From: an uncultured Microbacteriaceae bacterium
Lineage (GTDB): Bacteria > Actinomycetota > Actinomycetes > Actinomycetales > Microbacteriaceae
Assembly (NCBI GenBank): GCA_947085045.1
Contig: CAMTUU010000003.1
Coordinates: forward strand, 42,013-106,012
Direction of reading: 5' to 3'
Length of the DNA: 64,000 nucleotides
In this document: positions 47,597 to 56,153 of the stretch, piece after piece
How positions within the stretch are numbered: position 1 is the first letter of the stretch
How the letters are laid out: each line of letters begins with the position of its first letter
Made by a program: the position numbers and the translations under genes
The notes under the pieces: generated by a model
Database searches by the model: none
The model's input: the letters and a program-made list of their open reading frames with translations, nothing else
Told to the model about the DNA's origin: nothing

Positions 47597-50500
47597 TCAG
47601 ACCGCGGTGTGCGCCCCTCGGTGCGTGGCGCGCTTCGCCTCCCGCCGCTCGGCGGCACCCTCGACGAGCGAGTAGAGCGCGGGCAGCACGAGCAGCGTCA
47701 GCAGGGTCGACGAGATGAGCCCGCCGATCACGATGATGCCGAGCGGCTGCGAGATGAAGCCGCCGTGCCCGGTGAGTCCCACGGCCATCGGCAGCAGCGC
47801 GAAGATCGTCGCCAGCGCCGTCATGAGGATCGGCCGCAGTCGCCGCGCACCGCCGTGGCGCAGTGCCTCGGGCACGGTCATCCCGCGCTCGCGGTACTGG
47901 TTCACGAGGTCGATGAGCACGATCGCGTTGGTGACGACGATGCCGACGAGCATGAGCAGTCCGATGATCGACGCGGCGCCGAACGGGATGCCCGAGGCGA
48001 TCTGCAGCAGCAGGGCACCGGTGGCGGCGAACGGCACCGAGATGAGCAGCAGCAGCGGCTGGCGCAGCGACCGGAACGCGGCGACCATCACCGTGTAGAC
48101 GATGAGGATGGCGGCCAGCAGCGCGAGGAACAGCTGCGAGAAGCCCTCCGCCTGGTCCTGCGCGACACCGCCGACCGACGCGCTGACGCCTTCGGGCAGG
48201 TCGGCCTCGTCGATCGCGGTCTGCAGGGCCGGGGTCACGGCGGCGAGGTTCGGCGTCGACGGGGTGACGGTGATCGTCGAGGTGCGCACACCGCGCTCGC
48301 TCGAGATCGTCGCCGGCGCCTCGACCTGCTCGATCGTGGCGAGCTCGGAGAGCGGCACGGGACCGCGGCTCGTCGGGATCTCGAAGTCGCGCAGCTCCTG
48401 CACCGTGACCGGGGCGCGGGCATCCGTGATGTAGACCGACAGCACGGTGTCGTCGATCGTCACCGAGCCGACGGCGGCCGGGAGCATCGCGTCGGCGACG
48501 ATCCCGCCCACGGCGACTTCGCTGAGTCCCGCCTCGGCGGCCTTCGCGCGATCGACCTCGATCGCGAGGTACGGCTGCGTGACGGCGAGATTGCTCTCCG
48601 CCTGGGTCGTGATCTCGAGCCCCTGGACGGTCTCGAGCAGGTCGGCCGTCGCGGTGCCCAGGTCGTCGGCGTTCGCCGCGCGGAGTTCGATGGTGACGTC
48701 GCTCGAGAAACCGCCGCCGCCCGAGCCGACCGAGACCTCGCCGACGCCGGTGAGGCCGTCGAGAGCCTCGGTGACGGTCTGCCGGAGCTCCTCCTGGTCG
48801 AACGACGGGTCGGTCGTGATGGAGTACGTCGCATCCGCGCCGCCGCCGAAGAACGAGCGGATCGAGCCGCCGTCGCTGCCGATCGAGACCTGCACGACGT
48901 CGACACCGTCGATGTCGCGGAGGGTGGCCTCGACGTCCTGCGTGGCGGCGTCGATCGCGTCGAGGTTCGAACCCGCGGGCAGAGATTGCGTCACCGAGAT
49001 GGTGTTCTGCCCGCTGTCGCCGACGAAGTTGGTCGGGGTGAAGCCGACGAGAACGCCGGTGCCGGCGAGCACGAGCACGGCGGCCGACAGGGTCGCGATC
49101 GGATGCCGCAGGGTCCAGTTGAGCGCGGGCAGGTAGCCCTTCTGCAGCCGCGACGGCGTCTCCAGCTCGTCGCGCGCGGACTCCGTGGTGCCGGTGACGT
49201 TCTTCGGTGCCCGCAGGAACCAGTAGGCCAGCACCGGGACGATCGTGAGCGACACGAAGAGCGACGCGACGAGGGCGATCGTGACGGTCAACGCGAACGG
49301 CCGGAACAGCTCGCCGGTGACGTCGCTGACCAGGGCGATCGGCAGGAACACCGCGACCGTCGTGATCGTCGACGCGGTGACGGCGGTCGCGACCTCCTTG
49401 ACGGCGGTGAGGATGGCATCTTTCTTCTGCTCGCCGAGGGTGAGGTGCCGCTTGATGTTCTCGATGACGACGATCGAATCGTCGACGACGCGGCCGATCG
49501 CGATCGTGAGCGCGCCGAGCGTCAGCACGTTCATCGAGTAGCCGGTGGCCCACATGCCGATGAAGGTGATGAGCACCGACGCGGGGATCGAGATCGCGGT
49601 GACGATCGTCGAGCGCACCGAGAGCAGGAAGATCAGGATGACGACCACCGCGAAGAACAGGCCGAGCAGACCCTCGGTGGCGAGGCTCTCGATCGACTGG
49701 GTGATGAACGGCGCCTGGTCGAAGATCGTCGTGAACTCGGTGTTCTCACCGATTGCGGCGGCGAGACCGGGCAGCGCCTCCTGGATGACCCGGGACACCT
49801 CGACGGTGTTGCCCGCCGGGGTCTTCGTGATCGAGATGGTCAGCGACGGCTCGCCGTTGACGCGCGAGATCGCGGTGACCGGGTTGGAGACGATCTCCAC
49901 CGCGGCGACGTCGGCGATCGTGAGCGCGCCGGTGCCGCCGAGCAGCGGGAGCGCTGCGATGTCGTTGGCCGAGGTCAGGGCGCTTCCGGCCTGCACCGTC
50001 AGCTCCTGGTCGCCCTCGTCGATGATGCCGGTCGCCAGCAGCACTCCGTTGGCGTCGAGGGCATCCCGGATCGCCTGGTTCGACAGCCCGTTCGCGAACA
50101 GGGCGTCGCTGTCGGGGGTGATCGTGACGCGCTGGCCGCTGGCGCCCGACAGCGACGCCTCGGCGACCTCGGGGAGGTTCGCGAGGTCGACGATCGTCTG
50201 GTCGCGCAGCCGCGCGGAGAGCTCCTCGGGGTCGAGGTCGCTGGTCACGGCGAGCACCACGACGGGGAGGTCGCTCAGCGAGAAGGCGACGACCTGGGTG
50301 TCGACGGCGGCCGGCAGGGAGTCCTCGATGCGGTTGATCGCGAGCGAGATCTTCTGCTCGGCGCGACCGAGGTCGGTGCCGTAGGTGAAGGATGCGGAGA
50401 TCGTGGAAACGCCCGACCCCGAGGTGGCGGAGGTCGACTCGAGCCCGTCGACGCCCTGGATCGCGGCCTCGATCGGCGTCGACACGTCGTTCTCGACGAC

Positions 50501-50674
50501 ATCCGGGCTGGCGCCGCGGTAGGTGCTGATGATCGTCAGGTTCGGCAGCGAGATCGACGGGAAGAGCTCCTGCTTGAGCGAGCTGAGGGCGATGCCGCCG
50601 AAGATGCCGATGACGATCGTGAGCAGGGCGATGAGTGCGCGGTTGCGCAGACTGAACACCGAAAGCAGGTGCAA
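47597..50674 (-). CDS. RND superfamily efflux transporter permease (AcrB/SwrC-like)
   Basis: 1025 aa, 12 TM helices with two large extracytoplasmic loops. N-terminus MHLLSVFSLRNRALIALLTIVIGIFG. Confidence 0.93.
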   Translation of the reverse strand: MHLLSVFSLRNRALIALLTIVIGIFGGIALSSLKQELFPSISLPNLTIISTYRGASPDVVENDVSTPIEAAIQGVDGLESTSATSGSGVSTISASFTYGTDLGRAEQKISLAINRIEDSLPAAVDTQVVAFSLSDLPVVVLAVTSDLDPEELSARLRDQTIVDLANLPEVAEASLSGASGQRVTITPDSDALFANGLSNQAIRDALDANGVLLATGIIDEGDQELTVQAGSALTSANDIAALPLLGGTGALTIADVAAVEIVSNPVTAISRVNGEPSLTISITKTPAGNTVEVSRVIQEALPGLAAAIGENTEFTTIFDQAPFITQSIESLATEGLLGLFFAVVVILIFLLSVRSTIVTAISIPASVLITFIGMWATGYSMNVLTLGALTIAIGRVVDDSIVVIENIKRHLTLGEQKKDAILTAVKEVATAVTASTITTVAVFLPIALVSDVTGELFRPFALTVTIALVASLFVSLTIVPVLAYWFLRAPKNVTGTTESARDELETPSRLQKGYLPALNWTLRHPIATLSAAVLVLAGTGVLVGFTPTNFVGDSGQNTISVTQSLPAGSNLDAIDAATQDVEATLRDIDGVDVVQVSIGSDGGSIRSFFGGGADATYSITTDPSFDQEELRQTVTEALDGLTGVGEVSVGSGGGGFSSDVTIELRAANADDLGTATADLLETVQGLEITTQAESNLAVTQPYLAIEVDRAKAAEAGLSEVAVGGIVADAMLPAAVGSVTIDDTVLSVYITDARAPVTVQELRDFEIPTSRGPVPLSELATIEQVEAPATISSERGVRTSTITVTPSTPNLAAVTPALQTAIDEADLPEGVSASVGGVAQDQAEGFSQLFLALLAAILIVYTVMVAAFRSLRQPLLLLISVPFAATGALLLQIASGIPFGAASIIGLLMLVGIVVTNAIVLIDLVNQYRERGMTVPEALRHGGARRLRPILMTALATIFALLPMAVGLTGHGGFISQPLGIIVIGGLISSTLLTLLVLPALYSLVEGAAERREAKRATHRGAHTAV

Positions 50675-50798
50675 CGGACGACTCCTTGGCTGTGGATGGA
50701 GGATGCACGCCGGAGTGCACTCGCGTCAGTATCCCAACCCCTCCTCACCGCGCCCTACTCCCGGGGGATGAACGCTGCTGGCAGAACGCTGGGAGAGC

Positions 50799-52220
50799 TC
50801 AGGCGATCTCGGCGTAGTCCCTGTCGACGACCGGGATCGGCGAACGCGTCACCGCGCGCCAGGCTTTGGCGAGAGCGTCGACCCCGCGGTCGAGCACGTC
50901 CGGCGGGTAGGTGAACGGGATGCGGATGAAGCGCTCGAACAGCCCCTCCACGCCGAAGCGCGACCCCGCCGCGATCAGCAGCCCCTCCGAGCGGGCGGCG
51001 AGCGCGAGCTGCGACGAGATCGGCAGCCCGAGGTTCACCCAGGTGGTGATCCCGCCGGCGACGTGCGGCACGTGCCATTCCGGCATCCGCTCGGCGAGCA
51101 GACGCACCAGGTGGTCGCGGCTGGCCCGGAGGTAGTCGCGGCGGTCGGCGAGGATGCGGTCGAAGTCGCCGAGCAGCTCGGTGAGGATCAGTTGCTCGAG
51201 CAGCGGGGTGCCGAGGTCGATCGTCGACCGCTGCCGGGCGACCCGCTGGATGAGCTCGCGGTCGGCCCGGATCCAGCCGATGCGCAGGCCGCCCCAGACC
51301 GACTTGCCGAACGAGCCCAGCATGACGGCGCGACCGAGGGCCGAGAACGGCGCCGGGCGATCCTGCCCGTCGAGTTCGAGCCCGCCGATCGTCTCGTCGA
51401 TCACGAGCGTCGTGCCCTGCTCAGCGGCGAGGCGGATGACGCGCTCCCGCTGGTCCGCCGGCATCGACGCGCCCGTCGGGTTGTGGTTGTCGGGCATCAG
51501 GTAGGCGAGCACCGGCGAGGTGCGCTGGAACGCCTGCTCGAGCGCCGACTCGTCCCAGCCCTCCTCGGCGGTCACCGGCACCGTGACCAGCCGGGCACCG
51601 GCATCCCGGATCGCCTCGACGGCGTGCGGGTAGCTGGGCGACTCGATGATGGCGCGGTCGCCGCGGGAGAGCAGCGTGCGGGTCAGCAGGGTGATGGCGT
51701 GCTGCGCCCCGATCGTGATGAGGATCTCGTCGGGGTCGGTCGGCAGCCCGCGGGCGGCGTAGTGGTCGGCGACCGACTGGCGCGCGATGCGGGCGCCGTA
51801 GGGGTCGAAGCCCGACTCGGCGAGGAAGCTCGGCAGCACGGCGACGGCCCGCTGCGCCGCATCGCCGACGGCCGGGTGGGCGGGCAGCATCGCCTTGCTG
51901 AAGTCGAGGGCGTCGGTGGCGAGCACGTCGTACACGACGCCGCCGCGGCGGGGCAGCCGGGCGACGCTGCCGGAGCCGCGGACGCTGTCGAGGTGTGCGC
52001 TGTCGCGGAGGTCGGCGTAGGCGGCCGAGACGGTGGTGCGGCTGAGTCCGAGCTGGGCGGCGAGTTCGCGCTCCGCGGGAAGACGGGTGCCGAGCGCGAT
52101 GCGGCCGTCGAGGATGAGCAGCCGGATGCGGTCGGCGAGCGCCGCATACGCCGGTCCCTGGGCGAGGTCGCGCCAGCCGACGATGAGGACGGCGAGGGCG
52201 CGGGCCGAAAGGGATGCCAT
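50799..52220 (-). CDS. MocR-type GntR family regulator with PLP aminotransferase-like domain
   Basis: Start at MASLSARALAV.. (52220). wHTH ..LPAERELAAQLGLSRTTVSAAYADL.. plus a fold-type I aminotransferase domain. Confidence 0.9.
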   Translation of the reverse strand: MASLSARALAVLIVGWRDLAQGPAYAALADRIRLLILDGRIALGTRLPAERELAAQLGLSRTTVSAAYADLRDSAHLDSVRGSGSVARLPRRGGVVYDVLATDALDFSKAMLPAHPAVGDAAQRAVAVLPSFLAESGFDPYGARIARQSVADHYAARGLPTDPDEILITIGAQHAITLLTRTLLSRGDRAIIESPSYPHAVEAIRDAGARLVTVPVTAEEGWDESALEQAFQRTSPVLAYLMPDNHNPTGASMPADQRERVIRLAAEQGTTLVIDETIGGLELDGQDRPAPFSALGRAVMLGSFGKSVWGGLRIGWIRADRELIQRVARQRSTIDLGTPLLEQLILTELLGDFDRILADRRDYLRASRDHLVRLLAERMPEWHVPHVAGGITTWVNLGLPISSQLALAARSEGLLIAAGSRFGVEGLFERFIRIPFTYPPDVLDRGVDALAKAWRAVTRSPIPVVDRDYAEIA

Positions 52221-52236
52221 CCAGCCACCGTAGCAG

Positions 52237-52263
52237 GATTGGCACCTTGATCGAGGGCCAATC
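52237..52263. promoter_or_regulatory. Inverted repeat in the MocR/YczE divergent intergenic region
   Basis: GATTGGC-N13-GCCAATC inside the 53-nt gap between the two starts. Confidence 0.4.
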
Positions 52264-52273
52264 GAGGAGTTCG

Positions 52274-53011
52274 ATGGGCCACATGCTCGCACCGGCCCCC
52301 TCATCTGCCCTCGCCTGGACCCGTCGCGGGGTCCAGTTGGTCGTCGGCCTCGCCTTCTACGGTTTCGGGATCGGCCTCATGGTGCGCGCCGGCATCGGCG
52401 TCGCCCCGTGGGACGTGCTCGCCCAGGGCATCACCGCGCAGACCGGCCTCCCGTTCGGCGTCGTGGTCAACATCGTCGGCGCGCTCGTGCTGCTGCTCTG
52501 GATCCCGATCCGGCAGAAGCCCGGCCTCGGCACGGTCGCCAACGTGCTGCTCATCGGACCCTTCGCGCAACTGCTGCTGCTCGTCGTGCCGCAGCAGTAC
52601 GAGCCGATCCTCCAGGGCCTCGTCTTCGCCGGCGGCCTGCTGCTCGTCGGCATCGCGACCGGTCTCTACGTCGGAGCCCGCCTCGGCCCGGGGCCGCGCG
52701 ACGGGCTGATGACCGGCCTGCGCGCCCGCACCGCCTGGCCGATCTGGGCCGTGCGCACCGGCATCGAGATCTCGGTGCTGGTCGTCGGCTTCGTGCTCGG
52801 CGGCCAGGTCGGCATCGGCACCCTCGCCTTCGCGCTGCTCATCGGCCCCATCGTCAACGTCACACTGCCGCTGCTGCGGGTTCCGGGCGGCGCCCCGGCG
52901 ACCCTGTCGGCCGCGACGGTCGAGATCTGCTCCGAGCACGGGCTCGTGCTGCCCGACCGCCTCGAGCGGGAGCGCGGCGACCGATGGTCGTCGCTCGCCG
53001 GCTCCCGCTGA
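52274..53011 (+). CDS. YczE/YitT-like membrane protein
   Basis: 245 aa from MGHMLAP.., ..GFGIGLMVRAGIGVAPWDVLAQGI.. Confidence 0.85.
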   Translation: MGHMLAPAPSSALAWTRRGVQLVVGLAFYGFGIGLMVRAGIGVAPWDVLAQGITAQTGLPFGVVVNIVGALVLLLWIPIRQKPGLGTVANVLLIGPFAQLLLLVVPQQYEPILQGLVFAGGLLLVGIATGLYVGARLGPGPRDGLMTGLRARTAWPIWAVRTGIEISVLVVGFVLGGQVGIGTLAFALLIGPIVNVTLPLLRVPGGAPATLSAATVEICSEHGLVLPDRLERERGDRWSSLAGSR

Positions 53012-53015
53012 GCGC

Positions 53016-53771
53016 CTAGAGGTTCGCGTCGGCGAACGCCCGCATCGCGTCGCGCACGAAGGTCGCTCCGGCCTCGCCGCCGTAGTTCTTCGCGAACCAC
53101 GGGTCGGCGACGTACATGTCGGCCAGGCCGACGAAGTACTCCTTCGCGAGACCCTTCGGACCCCGGGGAACTCCGGGGATGCCCGCCAGGTGCTCGTACT
53201 GCCGTCGGGCGAGTGCCTGCGCCTCGTCCCCGGCCGGGTCGACGCCGCGTTCTGCCGCCTCGAGCCAGCCGAAGATCAGCTCGGCCGACGCATCCTTGAA
53301 GGCCTTCTGGCCGTCGGCGCCGAGCCCGCGCCACCAGGCGTCGGACGTCGCGTAGGCATCCTTCCCCCAGCGCTGCTCGACCTCGTCCTTGAACTCGGTG
53401 TGGTCGAAGCCGTCGAACATGTTCTCTGCCATCGGTTTCTCACCTCCTCTCAGTGCCGTGATGGTGGACTCGACGCTGGCGATCTGCCGGTCGAGGCGGA
53501 GTTGCTCCGCGCGGAGCCAGTCCAGGTGGGCGACGAGCGCGTGTTCGTCGTCGCGTTGACCGTCGAGCACCTGGGCGATCGCCGGGATCCCGAGACCGAG
53601 GCCGCGCAGCAGCAGCACGCGCTGCAGTCGCACGAGCGCCTCGGCGTCGTAGTACCGGTACCCGTTGGCGCCGATCCGGCTCGGCGTCACGAGGCCCGTG
53701 TCGTCGTAGTGACGCAACGTGCGGCTCGTGGTGCCGGCCAGCCGGGCGATCTCCTGGATGCTCCACTCCAC
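53016..53771 (-). CDS. MerR family regulator with TipAS antibiotic-recognition domain (TipAL-like)
   Basis: VEWSIQEIARLAGTTSRTLRHYDDTGLVTPSRIGANGYRYY.. plus C-terminal ..FDHTEFKDEVEQRWGKDAY.. Confidence 0.9.
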   Translation of the reverse strand: MEWSIQEIARLAGTTSRTLRHYDDTGLVTPSRIGANGYRYYDAEALVRLQRVLLLRGLGLGIPAIAQVLDGQRDDEHALVAHLDWLRAEQLRLDRQIASVESTITALRGGEKPMAENMFDGFDHTEFKDEVEQRWGKDAYATSDAWWRGLGADGQKAFKDASAELIFGWLEAAERGVDPAGDEAQALARRQYEHLAGIPGVPRGPKGLAKEYFVGLADMYVADPWFAKNYGGEAGATFVRDAMRAFADANL

Positions 53772-53778
53772 GCGTTCG

Positions 53779-53809
53779 ACCCTAGAAGTTGACGCTGCGT
53801 CATTGTCAA
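53779..53809 (-). promoter_or_regulatory. MerR-type promoter/operator of the TipA-like gene
   Basis: Minus strand reads TTGACA-N19-TAGGGT with dyad TTGAC-N11-GTCAA (53789-53809) spanning the spacer. The -10 ends 7 nt before the GTG start. Confidence 0.55.
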
Positions 53810-53833
53810 GGATCGGATGTTGCGCTCCCTTGA

Positions 53834-53874
53834 CTCGCGATATATCTTGATTTCAACACGCGATATAACGCGAG
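53834..53874 (+). promoter_or_regulatory. Repeat cluster upstream of the DUF4097-PadR operon
   Basis: CGCGATATA at 53836-53844 and 53859-53867, flanked by CTCGCG (53834-53839) / CGCGAG (53869-53874). Locally AT-rich. Confidence 0.35.
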
Positions 53875-53887
53875 AGAGGCGGACGCG

Positions 53888-54721
53888 ATGTCCCAGCAGA
53901 AGTGGCTCGTGGACGGGCCGAAGACGATCGAGATCGACGGCATCCGCACGCTCAAGGTGGGGCTCGTCGCCGGCAACGTCGACGTGATCGCCCACGACGA
54001 GCCCGTCGTGCGCGTCGAAGTGCACAGCGTCAGCGGCAAGGACCTGCGCATCACCGCCGAAGGCGATTCCCTCCAGATCGACCATGCCCAGCTGTCGTGG
54101 GAGAACTGGCTCGACGTCTTCCGCAGCTTCAGCCCCGGGGCGGCCCGGGCCGACGTCAGCATCCTCGTGCCGCGCGCCACCGCGCTGAAGCTCGGCGTCG
54201 TCAGCGCGACCGCGCTGGTCAGCGGACTCAGCGCGGATGCCGACCTCAGCACGGTCAGCGGCGACGTCTCGACCGACGGCCTCGCCGGTCGTCTGCAGCT
54301 CAACGCCGTCGGCGGCGAACTGACGGTACGCAACCACCGCGGCCGGATCGCCGCGCACACCGTCAGCGGCGACATCTCCGCGACCGGAGCGGTGACCTCG
54401 TTCACGAGCGACAGCGTGAGCGGTGACGTCTTCCTCGACCTCTCCGGCATCCCCGACGCGATCAAGGTCAGCACCGTCAGCGGCGACGTGTCGGTGCGGC
54501 TCGGGCGCGACGTGCCGACCGCCTACGCGGTCAACACCGTCGCCGGCAAGCTCCAGCTCGACGACGGATCCTTCCGCCCGCGGGGAAAGTTCACCGGCAA
54601 GTATGGGCAGCTCGACGGGCGGTGGACCGACTTCCGGGCCAACACCGTGAGCGGCGACGTGAACGTGCTGCACGTCGCGGTCGCCGAGGTGCCCGTCACC
54701 GACGCGTCCGCCTCCGCGTGA
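53888..54721 (+). CDS. DUF4097 family beta-strand repeat protein
   Basis: 277 aa with recurring (V/T)SGD(V/I)S.. units (TVSGDVSTDG, HTVSGDISATG, DSVSGDVFLDL, STVSGDVSVRL, NTVSGDVNVLH). Confidence 0.85.
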   Translation: MSQQKWLVDGPKTIEIDGIRTLKVGLVAGNVDVIAHDEPVVRVEVHSVSGKDLRITAEGDSLQIDHAQLSWENWLDVFRSFSPGAARADVSILVPRATALKLGVVSATALVSGLSADADLSTVSGDVSTDGLAGRLQLNAVGGELTVRNHRGRIAAHTVSGDISATGAVTSFTSDSVSGDVFLDLSGIPDAIKVSTVSGDVSVRLGRDVPTAYAVNTVAGKLQLDDGSFRPRGKFTGKYGQLDGRWTDFRANTVSGDVNVLHVAVAEVPVTDASASA

Positions 54722-55347
54722 GTCCCGCCGTCTTCGGTCACGGGCACCTGCGGCTCTACCTGCTGCGGCTGCTCGTCGAACGGCCCATGCACGGGTACGA
54801 GATCATCCAGGCGCTCTCCGACCAGTCCGGCGGCACCTACTCGCCGAGCGCCGGCACCATCTACCCCCGGCTCGGGAAGCTAGAGGAAGAGGGGCTCGTC
54901 ACCAAGGAGGCCGACGGACGCAAGACCGTCTACGCCATCACCGACGCCGGGCGTGCCGAGCTGACCGTCCGCGAGCCCGAACTCGCCGGGATCGAGACCG
55001 AGTTCACCGACTCGGTACGCCGACTGGCGGACGAGGTGCGGGCCTCCGTCACCGACGCCATGCGCACGCTCAAGGCCGACCTCGCCGTCGCAGCGCGCGA
55101 GGCCCGCACGGAGGCGGCCGACGCCGCCCGGGAGCGCGAAGAGCGCATGTCGGCCGGGGAGCCCCGGGTCGAATCCCGCGCCCGCCTGCACGACGCCGAG
55201 GCGGCGCTCACCGAGTTCCGAGGCGACGTGCGCGACGAGTTGCGGTCGGCCGTGGCCGCCGGCACACTGTCGGCGGAAGCCCTGCAGACGCTCACCGACG
55301 GGCTCGGCGACCTCCGTCGTCGACTCGTCGCGCAGCTGCGCGGCTGA
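54718..55347 (+). CDS. PadR family transcriptional regulator
   Basis: GTG at 54718 (GTGA overlap). ..LRLYLLRLLVERPMHGYEIIQALSDQSGGTYSPSAGTIYPRLGKLEEEGLV.. Confidence 0.88.
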   Translation: MSPAVFGHGHLRLYLLRLLVERPMHGYEIIQALSDQSGGTYSPSAGTIYPRLGKLEEEGLVTKEADGRKTVYAITDAGRAELTVREPELAGIETEFTDSVRRLADEVRASVTDAMRTLKADLAVAAREARTEAADAAREREERMSAGEPRVESRARLHDAEAALTEFRGDVRDELRSAVAAGTLSAEALQTLTDGLGDLRRRLVAQLRG

Positions 55348-55470
55348 CCGGCGTCGCGCCCACGCTGCTCTCCGCAGGCTGTCCCGAACGTACTTCCCGA
55401 AGTGCGAGATGAAGCCGAGGCGGGGGGCACTGCTCGGCTCTGGGCCGGGGTCGCGACGAGCGCTCGGTCG

Positions 55471-56109
55471 TCAGCCGGCGAAGCCGAGCGGGATGTAGAC
55501 GTCCTGAACCCGGTCGGACGAGGCCGTGTGGTCGTTGCGTGTGTAGAGGGCGCACGCCACCTCCCCGCAGTCGACGTTCTCGTCGGCGATCTGCGGCACC
55601 TCCAGGTAGGCGGTGAAGGTGCCCGATCCGCGGTCGTCGTAGGAGCGCGCGCCGAACAGCTTCCACGCCCAGTCGTCGTTGATCCAGTTGCTCGGCGCGA
55701 ACTGGATGGTGCCCTCAGGGACCTCCACCGCGTCGCCGCCGGGGCTGCCGCCGAGGCACGGCCCGGGTTTCACGGAGACGTCGTCGGGGATGGCGCAGAT
55801 GGCGACGTAGATGCCGCGCGCCGGGTCGTAACCCGTGCCGCTCACCACGAAGCGGTCGCCCGGCGCGAGCGACGAGGTGTCGACGGTGCCGCCGGGCTCG
55901 ACGGAGCGGATCTCGAGGCGGCGCTCGCGCCCGTCGTCGCCGATCGCGGTCGCCTCGAGCGGCCACTCGCCGACGGGTCGCTCCTGGTTGGCGTCGCCCT
56001 GATCCACGTGCGTGAGGATCGGCACGATCACGATCCCGACCGCGGTCAGCACGAGCGCGAGCACCCCCGCCACCACCCAGGGCCAGCGGCGCCGCCGCGT
56101 TCTCGTCAC
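55471..56109 (-). CDS. Hypothetical N-terminally anchored extracytoplasmic protein (212 aa)
   Basis: MTRTRRRRWPWVVAGVLALVLTAVGIVIVPI signal-anchor, a beta-rich domain with two Cys pairs, and high GC3. Confidence 0.7.
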   Translation of the reverse strand: MTRTRRRRWPWVVAGVLALVLTAVGIVIVPILTHVDQGDANQERPVGEWPLEATAIGDDGRERRLEIRSVEPGGTVDTSSLAPGDRFVVSGTGYDPARGIYVAICAIPDDVSVKPGPCLGGSPGGDAVEVPEGTIQFAPSNWINDDWAWKLFGARSYDDRGSGTFTAYLEVPQIADENVDCGEVACALYTRNDHTASSDRVQDVYIPLGFAG

Positions 56110-56153
56110 CGCATGATCTTAGGGTGGTGTCGCGAGAGGAGTAACGTGACGCC

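Noticed and set aside
47597-50674. RND pump without adjacent membrane-fusion or outer-membrane partner genes, considered as an anomaly.
   Set aside because: Stand-alone RND permeases are normal in monoderm Actinobacteria and Firmicutes, so this is not informative.
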